From the IMG/VR virus record IMGVR_UViG_3300017917_002762, positions 61,947-125,946 of that record: a stretch of 64,000 bases of DNA, one strand, 5' to 3'. Source of the stretch: a virus. Below, piece after piece: positions 40,803 through 49,983 of the stretch. The translations under genes and the position numbers were made by a program. Under the pieces are notes generated by a model that saw only the letters and a program-made list of their open reading frames with translations, had not been told where the DNA came from and did not search any database. Position 1 is the stretch's first letter, and each line of letters starts with the position of its first letter.

Positions 40803-42068
40803 TTAAAATATTATTTTATGTTCAAATATTCTTTTTGTGTCTTTTTCTATAATGTCAAAAGAACATCCTGGATGTGAAGGACCAAAATTTGTAGAAATCC
40901 ATTTAGAACCACCAAATAAAGAAAGTACATTTCTATATCTAAAATTATAAGTATCTTGAGAATTGTTTATATGTAAATCCCCTTTTACTAAACTTACAAA
41001 TTTATTTTTAGAATCAAGTTGATGATAAATTATATACTTATTAATATAATTTTCTACTTTATCATTTACATTTAATGGTAAACCATGTTTCATATCTTCA
41101 GTATCTTTACCATGTGTTAATAATAAAATATGTTTTCCATATTCAATATGCTCAATAAATTTTTCTTGTATTTGTATTTTTACAAAAGGATACTTAATAT
41201 TAATATAAAGTTCTAAAGTTTTATTTACTATATAATCAAAAAAACCACCGTGATTACTATTAGCATTTAATAACACTGTATAATTATTAGCAAAATCTGA
41301 TGTAAATACATAATCATAAAAATCTTTTTCTACAGATAAAGCTGTATTAAAAGCTTCTTTATTTGATAAATTTTGGGGAAGTTTATGACCACCTCTTGTA
41401 GTTTGTGCATTTAAACCATCCATCTTATCACCAAGATCTATAATAAAGATATCTTCAAAAACACCAAATAAATTTACTAAATAATTAATTTCATGAATAA
41501 CTAGTTTCATTCTAGCTTGAAAAGTTAAACCATCATATTTATTTTCATAAATAGATTCTTGATTATCAACATAAGCAGCAATATGTTTATCAGATGTATA
41601 AACAAATAATGCTTTTTTATTTGTAATTTTATTTATTTTATTTTTAATAAGTGATATATTATTATTATCAAAAGTTGTTTTAATAATATTTTCTAAATCA
41701 GAAAATGATAATTCATTTTCTTTTTTTTGTGATACTAATGCAGATATAGTCCAATATTCATTTCCTTTAAAATCACTATGTTGTTTATTCCAATATGTAG
41801 ATAGTTTCCATTTATCAGTATCAATTTTTAATATTTTTTCAATGTCTTCTGCTGATTTAGGTTCTACATAACTTATTCCTGAATATTTTGCAGTGCCTTC
41901 ATTTAAATTTTCTGAAAATTCTGTTATTTTTTGTTTTATAAGATTTTCATTTTTATAATGATTTTTTAAATTTATCCATTCTTCAATAGAAACACCTATT
42001 CTATTTGCAGAATATTTATTAGATTTTTTAGATTTAATAAGTTTTAAAACTAATTCTTTTGAAATCAT
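40803..42068 (-). CDS. Calcineurin-like metallophosphoesterase with N-terminal extension (421 aa)
   Basis: Ordered metal-binding motifs SDKHI, DLGDKMDG, NSNHGG, THGKD, GDLH. Confidence 0.8.
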   Translation of the reverse strand: MISKELVLKLIKSKKSNKYSANRIGVSIEEWINLKNHYKNENLIKQKITEFSENLNEGTAKYSGISYVEPKSAEDIEKILKIDTDKWKLSTYWNKQHSDFKGNEYWTISALVSQKKENELSFSDLENIIKTTFDNNNISLIKNKINKITNKKALFVYTSDKHIAAYVDNQESIYENKYDGLTFQARMKLVIHEINYLVNLFGVFEDIFIIDLGDKMDGLNAQTTRGGHKLPQNLSNKEAFNTALSVEKDFYDYVFTSDFANNYTVLLNANSNHGGFFDYIVNKTLELYINIKYPFVKIQIQEKFIEHIEYGKHILLLTHGKDTEDMKHGLPLNVNDKVENYINKYIIYHQLDSKNKFVSLVKGDLHINNSQDTYNFRYRNVLSLFGGSKWISTNFGPSHPGCSFDIIEKDTKRIFEHKIIF

Positions 42069-42083
42069 ATTTTATAATTTTAA

Positions 42084-42091
42084 CAAAGATA
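42084..42091 (-). promoter_or_regulatory. Bacteroidota sigma70-type -7 box (TATCTTTG) upstream of the metallophosphoesterase
   Basis: Matches TAnnTTTG, 15 nt upstream of the ATG, just past a terminator. No clear -33 element. Confidence 0.6.
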
Positions 42092-42104
42092 AAAAATATA
42101 TTTA

Positions 42105-42132
42105 ATAAAAAGTCTGGATAAAAATCCAGACT
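42105..42132 (-). terminator. Intrinsic terminator after the FN3 protein gene
   Basis: AGTCTGGAT-aaaa-ATCCAGACT 9-bp stem, followed on the minus strand by a T run. Confidence 0.75.
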
Positions 42133-42173
42133 CGTCTTCAGAAAACCAAAATAAAACTGTAGACTAAATATTT

Positions 42174-43682
42174 TTAACAATCACTTTTTATTTGACAAAA
42201 AATAATTTTAAGCTCTTCATTGTTTTTAATTAATGTTAAAAATTCTTTTATAAAAGCTTTACTATAAATATAACAAAATTGATTATTTAAATTAGTATAT
42301 ATTTCATTTAAATTATTATTTTCTACTTTTTCAGAATCATTTACATTTACAATAACATCATGAGTTACATTAGTATAATAAGGAGTTGAACATGTAATAT
42401 TTTTATCAAAATATACACAACCTGATGGTATATTATATTCGCATACAGGTTCATTACATTCTATTGTATTATTTATAGTTATACAACTTTCTTCACAATA
42501 TACGGTATCAAATGATTTATTATCACCATAAGCTGTTAATGTTGTATTTGAAATATTAGTTTTAGCATAAGCTCTTATATGATATGTTGTTCCTGGAGTT
42601 AAATTTTGTAATAAAACCAAATAATTATTTGTATTTCCAGGATAAGCATCTAAAACAACTAAACTATTTGTTATTGTAGGATTAGGGTATATACCTATAC
42701 AAATTCCTCTTTCAATAATACTTCCTCCATTTAAATTTATAATTTTACACCCTGATATAGCAGAAGAAGCTTTTATAGAATAAGGAGTAATTGTTTCTAT
42801 AGTTGCACCACCTAAAGTTGTAAAATTATAAATAGCACCATAAGATGTTCCATTATTATTAGTTGCATATGCTTGTACATAATAAGTAGTACCATTTGAT
42901 AAACCTGTTATTACTGATGTAAATGTACCAGTACCATTTCCTGAAGGTACATTTGTTGAAGAATTCATTGTTGAAAATAAACTCCATCTTATACCTCTAG
43001 AAGTAACAGAACTTCCACCAGATGATGTAACATTACCAGAAACAGAAGCACCATTTAAAGATATATTAGTAATATTTGAATTAGTAGTTACTACAGGATT
43101 TGTTGAAAGTGTTGTAAAAGTAATTTGACTACCATAATACGTTACACCATTACTAGTAACATAAGATCTAACATAATATGTTGTTTCTGCTAATAATCCT
43201 GTAATATTACTTGTAAAACTATTACCAATTAAAATATCAGATGTAATATTATTAGAAATTGTAGGAGAAGTAGATGTATTCCAACAAACACCTACAGCAC
43301 TTATAGAAGTAAAACCATTTACAGATGTAGCACCAGATATAGCTGTTGTAGATGTAATAGATGTAGCAGCAGTTGTTGTTAATCCTAATGTAGTAAATAC
43401 AACATTTTGTCCATAATAAGTTCCAGAATTATCAGTAACATAAGCTCTAACATAATAAGTAGTCCCTGATGTAAGACTTATTAATGAACTTGTAAAATTA
43501 CTAGATCCTGTTCCATTATTTGTTTTTGTAGATAATGCTGTAGTTGGATTAGCACTTGTACTCCAACAAACTCCTTTAGCAGTAATACTTCCTGTAACAG
43601 TTCCTAAAATACTATTACCACCACAAGTAGCAGTGGTGGTAAGAATAGATGATATAGGATTTGTTGTTATAAATAGTGGCAT
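42174..43682 (-). CDS. Thr/Ser-rich protein with four FN3-like repeats and a Cys-rich C-terminus (502 aa); putative tail fibre/adhesin
   Basis: Repeats ending LTSGTTYYVRAY, LLAETTYYVRSY, LSNGTTYYVQAY, LTPGTTYHIRAY, each preceded by G(V/I)CW or GIRW. Confidence 0.8.
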   Translation of the reverse strand: MPLFITTNPISSILTTTATCGGNSILGTVTGSITAKGVCWSTSANPTTALSTKTNNGTGSSNFTSSLISLTSGTTYYVRAYVTDNSGTYYGQNVVFTTLGLTTTAATSITSTTAISGATSVNGFTSISAVGVCWNTSTSPTISNNITSDILIGNSFTSNITGLLAETTYYVRSYVTSNGVTYYGSQITFTTLSTNPVVTTNSNITNISLNGASVSGNVTSSGGSSVTSRGIRWSLFSTMNSSTNVPSGNGTGTFTSVITGLSNGTTYYVQAYATNNNGTSYGAIYNFTTLGGATIETITPYSIKASSAISGCKIINLNGGSIIERGICIGIYPNPTITNSLVVLDAYPGNTNNYLVLLQNLTPGTTYHIRAYAKTNISNTTLTAYGDNKSFDTVYCEESCITINNTIECNEPVCEYNIPSGCVYFDKNITCSTPYYTNVTHDVIVNVNDSEKVENNNLNEIYTNLNNQFCYIYSKAFIKEFLTLIKNNEELKIIFCQIKSDC

Positions 43683-43684
43683 AA

Positions 43685-44884
43685 TTAGCTATTATAATAT
43701 ATATTACAGTTTATTTTATTAAGTTCTGCACCTGTATATGTACCATTTAATCTTAATGGTAAACCTTGATAACAATTTAAATTATTAGTTTTTACTTGTA
43801 ATAATAATACATATTGTTCTCCATTTATATAACTTGAAGTAATTACATTGTTTGATCCTATAGATGCACTTTGAGTAAATTCATAATGTCCAATATAAGT
43901 GTAAATATCTCCTGATGACGTAGCACCAGATGTTGTTTTTTTATACCAATGAAACAAATAACTTATAGGAGAAAACCAATTATTAGTTGAAAAAGTAGAT
44001 AAATTTAAATAATTAAAATTAAAAGTTAATGTAGAATTATTTAATGTAAAAGTTACTCCAGATACACATAAACAATTATTAGTGCAACAAGATAATACGA
44101 CAGGTGATGTGATTGCTACACCACAAATTTGAGGATTATATATTAAATTATTAATATTACCATAATCTACCCCTGAATAACAACCATTTTCATTTCCTGG
44201 TTCATAAACTTTAATAGTAATTAACCATTCATCTGTATTAAGTAAAGTACCAGTACTTAAATTTACAGTAATTGATGTAGTAGGAAAAGGTGCACTTGTA
44301 ATAGTTGTAGTATTATAATAATCATAACCACCAGTATTATTTTTTCTGTAAGCTTTTATTTTATAATGCCTAGTTAAAGGATTTCCTGATATAGCTTGAA
44401 AACTTATATTTAATGTACCACTTGAATAACTAACGTAAGTATAAGAAACTTGAGTATTAGCAGGACAAGTTAATGTACAAGCTTCATCACATGTAATTTG
44501 ACAAAATAAAGTTTTAAGATCATAATCACTTTCATCATCTCTAATTAAAGTTAACATTCTAGCAATATAATCTTTAGAAAAAAGATAACAAAACATAGAA
44601 TTTATATTTTGTAAAGCAGATTCTAAACTATTATTAGTAGAATTAGATGATATTAATGTATGTGTTATATCTGGATAATTATTTACAGATTCTAAACTAC
44701 ATTGTAATGTAGGTCCTTCATAAATTACACATTGCGCTGGATATATTTCACTACATTCTGAAGGTTCAGAACAAGTAGTTGTTTCAGGCATAAATGTAGT
44801 TTCTACAGGACAAGAGCATTCATTACATGCATTATTACATGTAGTACAATTTATAGTATTTGTTTGTTCACAGTTACAACTCAT
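43685..44884 (-). CDS. Cys-rich putative tail-associated protein (399 aa)
   Basis: ORF track; N-terminal Cys cluster plus a CVIYEGPTLQC...FCYLFSK..I..MLTLI module shared with its neighbours; two beta-rich C-terminal domains. Confidence 0.55.
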   Translation of the reverse strand: MSCNCEQTNTINCTTCNNACNECSCPVETTFMPETTTCSEPSECSEIYPAQCVIYEGPTLQCSLESVNNYPDITHTLISSNSTNNSLESALQNINSMFCYLFSKDYIARMLTLIRDDESDYDLKTLFCQITCDEACTLTCPANTQVSYTYVSYSSGTLNISFQAISGNPLTRHYKIKAYRKNNTGGYDYYNTTTITSAPFPTTSITVNLSTGTLLNTDEWLITIKVYEPGNENGCYSGVDYGNINNLIYNPQICGVAITSPVVLSCCTNNCLCVSGVTFTLNNSTLTFNFNYLNLSTFSTNNWFSPISYLFHWYKKTTSGATSSGDIYTYIGHYEFTQSASIGSNNVITSSYINGEQYVLLLQVKTNNLNCYQGLPLRLNGTYTGAELNKINCNIYYNS

Positions 44885-44895
44885 TTTTTATTATT

Positions 44896-46104
44896 TTAAG
44901 GACTAGGTGTAGTTATTTCTTGAGTATTACATTCATATTCAATATTATTAATTGTTTTTATTTTTAATTTTAATCTATAAAGTGTATTTGGTAATAATGA
45001 AGATATTATTCCAAAAACAGTAGAATTAGGATTCATATAACGAGCTACAACAGTATCACCATTATAAATTCTATATTCACCATTTATTCCTGGTTTAGGA
45101 ATAAATGTATAACTTATAGATGTTGTAGATAATACTGTGTATATTGGAGGAGCATCAGGACAAATAGGATCTATCGTAGCAATAACTGATTTAACAACAT
45201 CAGGTTTATTACAAACAGTTACACCATTTGTAAATTGTATATTTTTTAAAGTTATTGTAATAGTACTAGATATAAAATTTAAACTTGTATTATTTAAATA
45301 AAAAGTTACACCACTTGTATTTTTATTAGCTTCTGTAATATTAACATATGAATTAAAAGAAGTTGTTCCATCAGAAATAGTAATCATTGCTCCATTATTA
45401 TCAACATCTCTATATCCAACAGGTATTGTAGTTAAACCTATAAAATTAATAGTAACAGATTTGTTTTCTCTACTTACAAAAGGTGCAAAATCAATAACTA
45501 TATTACTACAATTTAAAGTAGACATACTATCAATATATGGTTTTACAGCTTTTCTTATATCTAAAATTGTAATCCACATATTTTTAATAGTGTCTGACAA
45601 TTTACGAGAAGGAGAAACCCAACCTGTATATTCATGCATTGGTTTATTTTCATTATTAGGATCAAATAACATAGTTTGATTTCCTAATTCATTAGGTTCA
45701 TATAAAATATTTTCAAAAAGAACAGCATCTGATAATTCTTCAGAATTAAAATTATTAACTAATACATCTTTAAGATTTTTATAATCTTCTGCTAAATTAT
45801 ATAAAGCAAGATCCATTCTTATAGAACCGTTTGTTAAAGGATCTATATCAACATAAGGAATTGATAAACCATTGCTCTCTAATGAAGAAACTCTTGTATT
45901 TAATGAATTATAATTAGCATAAACAGTATTTAAACTACTAATTATTTGTGATATGTTTTGAGTATTTAAAATAATTTTGCCACCAATAAGTCTACAATAA
46001 TCTAATGTTTGATCTGCATCATTAAGAGGTAATATAGTAGTTGCAGGATCTGGTTGAAGACCTTGCAATAAATTAACTAATATATCTAATTTAGGATTTG
46101 GCAT
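44896..46104 (-). CDS. Putative tail-associated protein with C-terminal FN3-like domain (402 aa)
   Basis: ORF track; ends ISYTF...ISSLLPNTLYRLKLKI...ITTP (FN3-like). Confidence 0.55.
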   Translation of the reverse strand: MPNPKLDILVNLLQGLQPDPATTILPLNDADQTLDYCRLIGGKIILNTQNISQIISSLNTVYANYNSLNTRVSSLESNGLSIPYVDIDPLTNGSIRMDLALYNLAEDYKNLKDVLVNNFNSEELSDAVLFENILYEPNELGNQTMLFDPNNENKPMHEYTGWVSPSRKLSDTIKNMWITILDIRKAVKPYIDSMSTLNCSNIVIDFAPFVSRENKSVTINFIGLTTIPVGYRDVDNNGAMITISDGTTSFNSYVNITEANKNTSGVTFYLNNTSLNFISSTITITLKNIQFTNGVTVCNKPDVVKSVIATIDPICPDAPPIYTVLSTTSISYTFIPKPGINGEYRIYNGDTVVARYMNPNSTVFGIISSLLPNTLYRLKLKIKTINNIEYECNTQEITTPSP

Positions 46105-46110
46105 AAATTA

Positions 46111-46368
46111 TTATAATTTATTTATAATAGCTTGTAATATATTTAATGGTGTTTTAGTACCATCACCAGGTAATTCTAAACCTGTAGTATCTAAACTTTC
46201 AAGATTAAGTAATGTTTTATGATAACATAATTCTTCAGATAATTTTTTGATTATATCTGATAATGTATCATCTTGACAAACTTTTATACAACATAATTCA
46301 GAACCTTCCCAAGAAACACAATTACTTGAACTAGGTAAACAATTATTATTTTTATTCAAAGGTTTCAT
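46111..46368 (-). CDS. Small Cys-rich protein (85 aa), stand-alone copy of the shared tail-protein module
   Basis: CLPSSSNCVSWEGSELCCIKVCQDDTLSDIIKKLSEELC is similar to segments of the 399-aa and 502-aa proteins. Confidence 0.6.
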   Translation of the reverse strand: MKPLNKNNNCLPSSSNCVSWEGSELCCIKVCQDDTLSDIIKKLSEELCYHKTLLNLESLDTTGLELPGDGTKTPLNILQAIINKL

Positions 46369-46422
46369 TATATCACACTTATATTATAATATACTAAAAA
46401 ATATTGAAAATTTTTATTTTAA

Positions 46423-46668
46423 TTAAATTAAAGTTAAGTTAAGTTTATTAGCAGCCCATTGTAAACAATAATTATTATCTGCTCCCCAACCTGAAAATTC
46501 TTCAGGTGTCATAGTTAAATTTCCTTCTGCACATTTTTTGTTTTCTTCAGTTTCTACTGAATAATAAAATGTAGCAGTAATATCGTCCATTCCGAAAGGA
46601 AGAACTCTTAAGTTTAAATCGGTAGCCGTACCTATGATTGGAAATACGACTGGTTGAATTTTTGCCAT
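46423..46668 (-). CDS. Small protein downstream of the tail fibre, possible fibre assembly chaperone (81 aa)
   Basis: ORF track; position immediately after the fibre gene; shares the elevated GC/CpG content of the fibre 3' end. Confidence 0.5.
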   Translation of the reverse strand: MAKIQPVVFPIIGTATDLNLRVLPFGMDDITATFYYSVETEENKKCAEGNLTMTPEEFSGWGADNNYCLQWAANKLNLTLI

Positions 46669-46679
46669 ATAATTAAATT

Positions 46680-48524
46680 TTAATAAAAGTTATTCCAACC
46701 TGTACCATTGTACCCTTGGTGTCTGTTTGTTGTTGTGTTGTAAATTATTAAACCAGCGGCGGGATTTACTATCGCATCCCTTTCACCACTTGACATTCGT
46801 GGTGGCATAAATCCTTTTGTAGTAGAAGTTATTTCCATTATTGCACTTGTTTCCGTTGGTGTACCAACACTTAATTTATCTTGTATTCTTGCAGTACCAT
46901 TTACATCCAATCTAAATCCAGAATCAGTAAATGTTCCACCGTTTTGAAGTGTAAAGTTACCTGTTGTAGCAAAGAATTGACCGAATTGTGAAGTGCTACC
47001 CACAAAGAATTTTAATGGTGTGGTTGATGATATTGTTTTGAGTTGTGTTTCTGCCGATGATGCAAATAAAACATCCACATCACCGCGTTTTAAATAAAGT
47101 TGGTTGGTAAAGTTAATAGATGCGTTGCCTATTAAATTAATCCAATTATTCTTAACACCTGTAAAAGCTCCGTTTGTAAAGGTAGGGTTTATTTCTAACC
47201 CAACGAGTACATCATTGTTTGCACTTGCTACAAGTGTTGGATTTAAATTCACACCTCTTGCAATTGCTCCACTAGTTTGTACTGTAGAGCTAACTTGCAA
47301 AGGTGATGTCGGGGCAGAAGTACCAACTCCCAATCTACCATTAGCATCATCCCAAAATAAATTGTTAGACCCTGTTTGTGTTGTTGTACCATTCCAAAAT
47401 GCCACTTGACCACTAACTCCTGTACCTGTAACAGGATTAGTGAGAGCGTTTTGTTTATTGTTAAATGTATTCCAATCTGTAGATGTTAAAAATCCTTTTG
47501 TTGAACTAGATGCTGCTTGTCCATTAGTATAATCTATACTAATAACACCAGATGTAGAATTAAAATCTGAAGCAGCAAATGTTGCAGCTCCTTTTGTAGA
47601 TCCATCTGCTGCTGCATCTTGTATTGAAAATGCACCTGTTAAATTATTATAACTTAATGGAGAAGATGCAGTTAATGATGTTAATTGTATAGGTGTATAC
47701 CCCAACACAGTTGATATAGATGCGGTCTTCCATTGGTTGCTTCCAAAGTAATACAACACATCATTAGTAGCAGGTGTCTGAGCTTGTACGTTGTGCAACT
47801 CATCTAACTCATAGCCATTTTGTATTTTAACAAATATCTCACCTACTGTAGTACTTTTTCTTGTTACAACACCTATATAAACTAAATGATCAGGAGCATA
47901 AGGTTTATTTGTTAATCCATATATAAGATTTCCATTTGTTCCTAACCATACAGGATCTCCAACAGTTGCACTATTTGTATTTAATGGTTCACTTCCAGTA
48001 CCAGTTAATAAACCTTCTGTAATAATATATCTAAAATCATTTGTTACACCTGAAGTTATTAACAACCCCATTGTTTTACTAGATGTTGCTTCAGATGTAT
48101 TACTTGCTTTACTGACAATCATATTTGTACCACTACTTCCTGATACATATACTGCTTGTCCTTTATTTATTGTTTCACCTAATTTTACTTCATGTCTAAC
48201 TTGACTTGTATAATTATCTATCCATTCTACATTATAATCTGTACTATTAATTTTAGCTAAAATTTGTCCTGTTGTACCACCAGTTGGAATACCATTACTA
48301 CCATCTACTGTATCCCATGTATTAGTAGATCCATTCCAAATATATAATGTATAATCTGTAAGATCATATACAACATACCCATCATAATCTTTTGTAGGAT
48401 TTGCTATAAAAAATGATGCTAATGCTAATCTTTGAGCATTAGTTAAATTATATAATCTAGCTGCTTTTAGCTCATTAGAGTCTAAATCAATATTATGATA
48501 ATATTTTTTGTCTATCGATGCCAT
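46680..48524 (-). CDS. Tail fibre / receptor-binding protein (614 aa), mosaic
   Basis: N-terminal YHNIDLDSNELKAARL; GIPTGGTTGQILAK linker; KGQAVYVSG...GEIFVKIQNGYELDELHNV module; RLGVGTSAP and GFRLDVNGTARI repeats; C-terminal TTKGFMPPRM...GLIIYNTT, typical of fibre ends. Confidence 0.8.
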   Translation of the reverse strand: MASIDKKYYHNIDLDSNELKAARLYNLTNAQRLALASFFIANPTKDYDGYVVYDLTDYTLYIWNGSTNTWDTVDGSNGIPTGGTTGQILAKINSTDYNVEWIDNYTSQVRHEVKLGETINKGQAVYVSGSSGTNMIVSKASNTSEATSSKTMGLLITSGVTNDFRYIITEGLLTGTGSEPLNTNSATVGDPVWLGTNGNLIYGLTNKPYAPDHLVYIGVVTRKSTTVGEIFVKIQNGYELDELHNVQAQTPATNDVLYYFGSNQWKTASISTVLGYTPIQLTSLTASSPLSYNNLTGAFSIQDAAADGSTKGAATFAASDFNSTSGVISIDYTNGQAASSSTKGFLTSTDWNTFNNKQNALTNPVTGTGVSGQVAFWNGTTTQTGSNNLFWDDANGRLGVGTSAPTSPLQVSSTVQTSGAIARGVNLNPTLVASANNDVLVGLEINPTFTNGAFTGVKNNWINLIGNASINFTNQLYLKRGDVDVLFASSAETQLKTISSTTPLKFFVGSTSQFGQFFATTGNFTLQNGGTFTDSGFRLDVNGTARIQDKLSVGTPTETSAIMEITSTTKGFMPPRMSSGERDAIVNPAAGLIIYNTTTNRHQGYNGTGWNNFY

Positions 48525-49135
48525 TATGATAAATATGCATATCCATTTACAGGTTCAGAAAATTCAATTATTATTGTGGAAATAGTAGCTGTTGTAACAA
48601 CTCCAGATATTTCATCACCACTAGTATTAGTAGTAAGAACATTTGGAACAAAACCAAGATTATGATTAATGGTCCAAACATTAGAAGCAGTGGGTATATA
48701 AAATTGATATGATCCACCGTTTATTGTAATATTAGGATTTACATTAATTCTTGTAAAACAACCACCAACATTAATATCTATAATATTAGCACTTGTAGAA
48801 CCATCTTCTGTTGTATAATTCATTCCTAAATTACAAGGAATTACTGGACCACCATTACATGTTTGTCCTGCTGTAGAAAATCCTCCAATATATGCTGCTG
48901 GATTACCATTATAAGTAACAGGTAGCCATGACATATAAGCAATACTTACTTGAGATAATGCATTATTATCTTCATTTTCAGCCCATTTAATAATGTTATG
49001 TCTTAATATAGATAAATAATCTGGTGTTAAACTACTTTTTACAGTAATACCATAATTATTTAGCATGTAATCTTTAACAATACATTCTGCAAATTCTATA
49101 TTATAACGTTCTTTATTTATTAAAAATTTATTCAT
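48524..49135 (-). CDS. Putative tail hub/fibre-attachment protein (203 aa)
   Basis: C-terminal WTINHNLGFVPNV...FSEPVNGYAYLS small fibre-associated domain; TAATG overlap with the fibre gene. Confidence 0.5.
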   Translation of the reverse strand: MNKFLINKERYNIEFAECIVKDYMLNNYGITVKSSLTPDYLSILRHNIIKWAENEDNNALSQVSIAYMSWLPVTYNGNPAAYIGGFSTAGQTCNGGPVIPCNLGMNYTTEDGSTSANIIDINVGGCFTRINVNPNITINGGSYQFYIPTASNVWTINHNLGFVPNVLTTNTSGDEISGVVTTATISTIIIEFSEPVNGYAYLS

Positions 49136-49277
49136 TTGTATTTGTTGGCGGATTTATTTGTGTTATTTTAATTTCATAAGTATTAATACAATTACTACAA
49201 ACTGTAGTTCCATTAGAAGCTGTTTTAATTTGACAACCACAATAAATTACACTTCCACAATTAGTACAATTTTTCAT
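49128..49277 (-). CDS. Unlisted Zn-ribbon microprotein (49 aa)
   Basis: Hand translation: MKNCTNCGSVIYCGCQIKTASNGTTVCSNCINTYEIKITQINPPTNTNE*. It has six Cys in CxxC/CxC/CxxC, fills the gap between two minus-strand genes and overlaps the next start by 8 nt. Confidence 0.8.
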   Translation of the reverse strand: MKNCTNCGSVIYCGCQIKTASNGTTVCSNCINTYEIKITQINPPTNTNE

Positions 49278-49293
49278 ATATTATTTGGTTTAA

Positions 49294-49872
49294 TTAACAA
49301 TTATTACAACCTGTTCTATAAGAATCAAGTCTTTTTTTAGCATATAAAAATAATTCCATAGCTAAATTTGGTTCATGACAATCTTCTGCTTTAATTTTTG
49401 CAGCTTCAAAATAAGATTTAATTAAACTTAATTCATTTAATCTTGCTTTAACTTCTACAGAAGGTTCGTATGCTCCTAATTCTAATTTGCATAATTCTTG
49501 ATTATAAATATTATAAGTTTGACTCATTCTTAAAAAATAATAATCAACATATACTTTATCATTAGGACTTACAGAATATCTTATTTTATAAATACCATCA
49601 GGAATCGATGGTAAATTATCTTGTTCATTACAACCATTTGCTAACAATCCTAATGTACAAGCATTTAACATTATATTAAAAGATCCTACAGTATTATTAG
49701 CAAAATTAGTAACATCTATTTCTACAGGAATAGTATATCCTGGAGATGTAATTTGTAATTTAGCACATTTAATTTCTAATCCATCTGCATATATACTAGT
49801 ATCAATTATTCTAAATACACTAACGTTATTAGTTTCAGGAATATTAACTGATAAATGATGTTTAGAAGGCAT
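49294..49872 (-). CDS. Putative tail hub protein (192 aa)
   Basis: IPDGIYKIRYSVSPN motif and helical C-terminus, resembling crAss-like tail hub proteins; position among tail genes. Confidence 0.5.
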   Translation of the reverse strand: MPSKHHLSVNIPETNNVSVFRIIDTSIYADGLEIKCAKLQITSPGYTIPVEIDVTNFANNTVGSFNIMLNACTLGLLANGCNEQDNLPSIPDGIYKIRYSVSPNDKVYVDYYFLRMSQTYNIYNQELCKLELGAYEPSVEVKARLNELSLIKSYFEAAKIKAEDCHEPNLAMELFLYAKKRLDSYRTGCNNC

Positions 49873-49916
49873 ATTATTAAATTTAATTGTACATTAATAA
49901 TATAAGATATTTTATG

Positions 49917-49924
49917 CAAATATA
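49917..49924 (-). promoter_or_regulatory. Possible Bacteroidota -7 box (TATATTTG) upstream of the tail hub gene
   Basis: Matches TAnnTTTG immediately downstream of the 49933-49964 terminator. Confidence 0.45.
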
Positions 49925-49932
49925 CAAATAAT

Positions 49933-49964
49933 AAAAAAGGGAAGAAATAAATCTTCCCTTTTTT
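49933..49964 (-). terminator. Intrinsic terminator (potentially bidirectional)
   Basis: AAAAAAGGGAAGA-aataaa-TCTTCCCTTTTTT perfect inverted repeat, 20 nt after the stop of the 675-aa gene. Confidence 0.85.
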
Positions 49965-49983
49965 ATTTTATTATAAGAAATTA

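Noticed and set aside
46102-46113. In-frame fusion of the 85-aa and 402-aa genes by read-through
   Set aside because: The genes are in frame but separated by two consecutive TAA codons, so read-through is implausible. An ancestral gene split remains possible.
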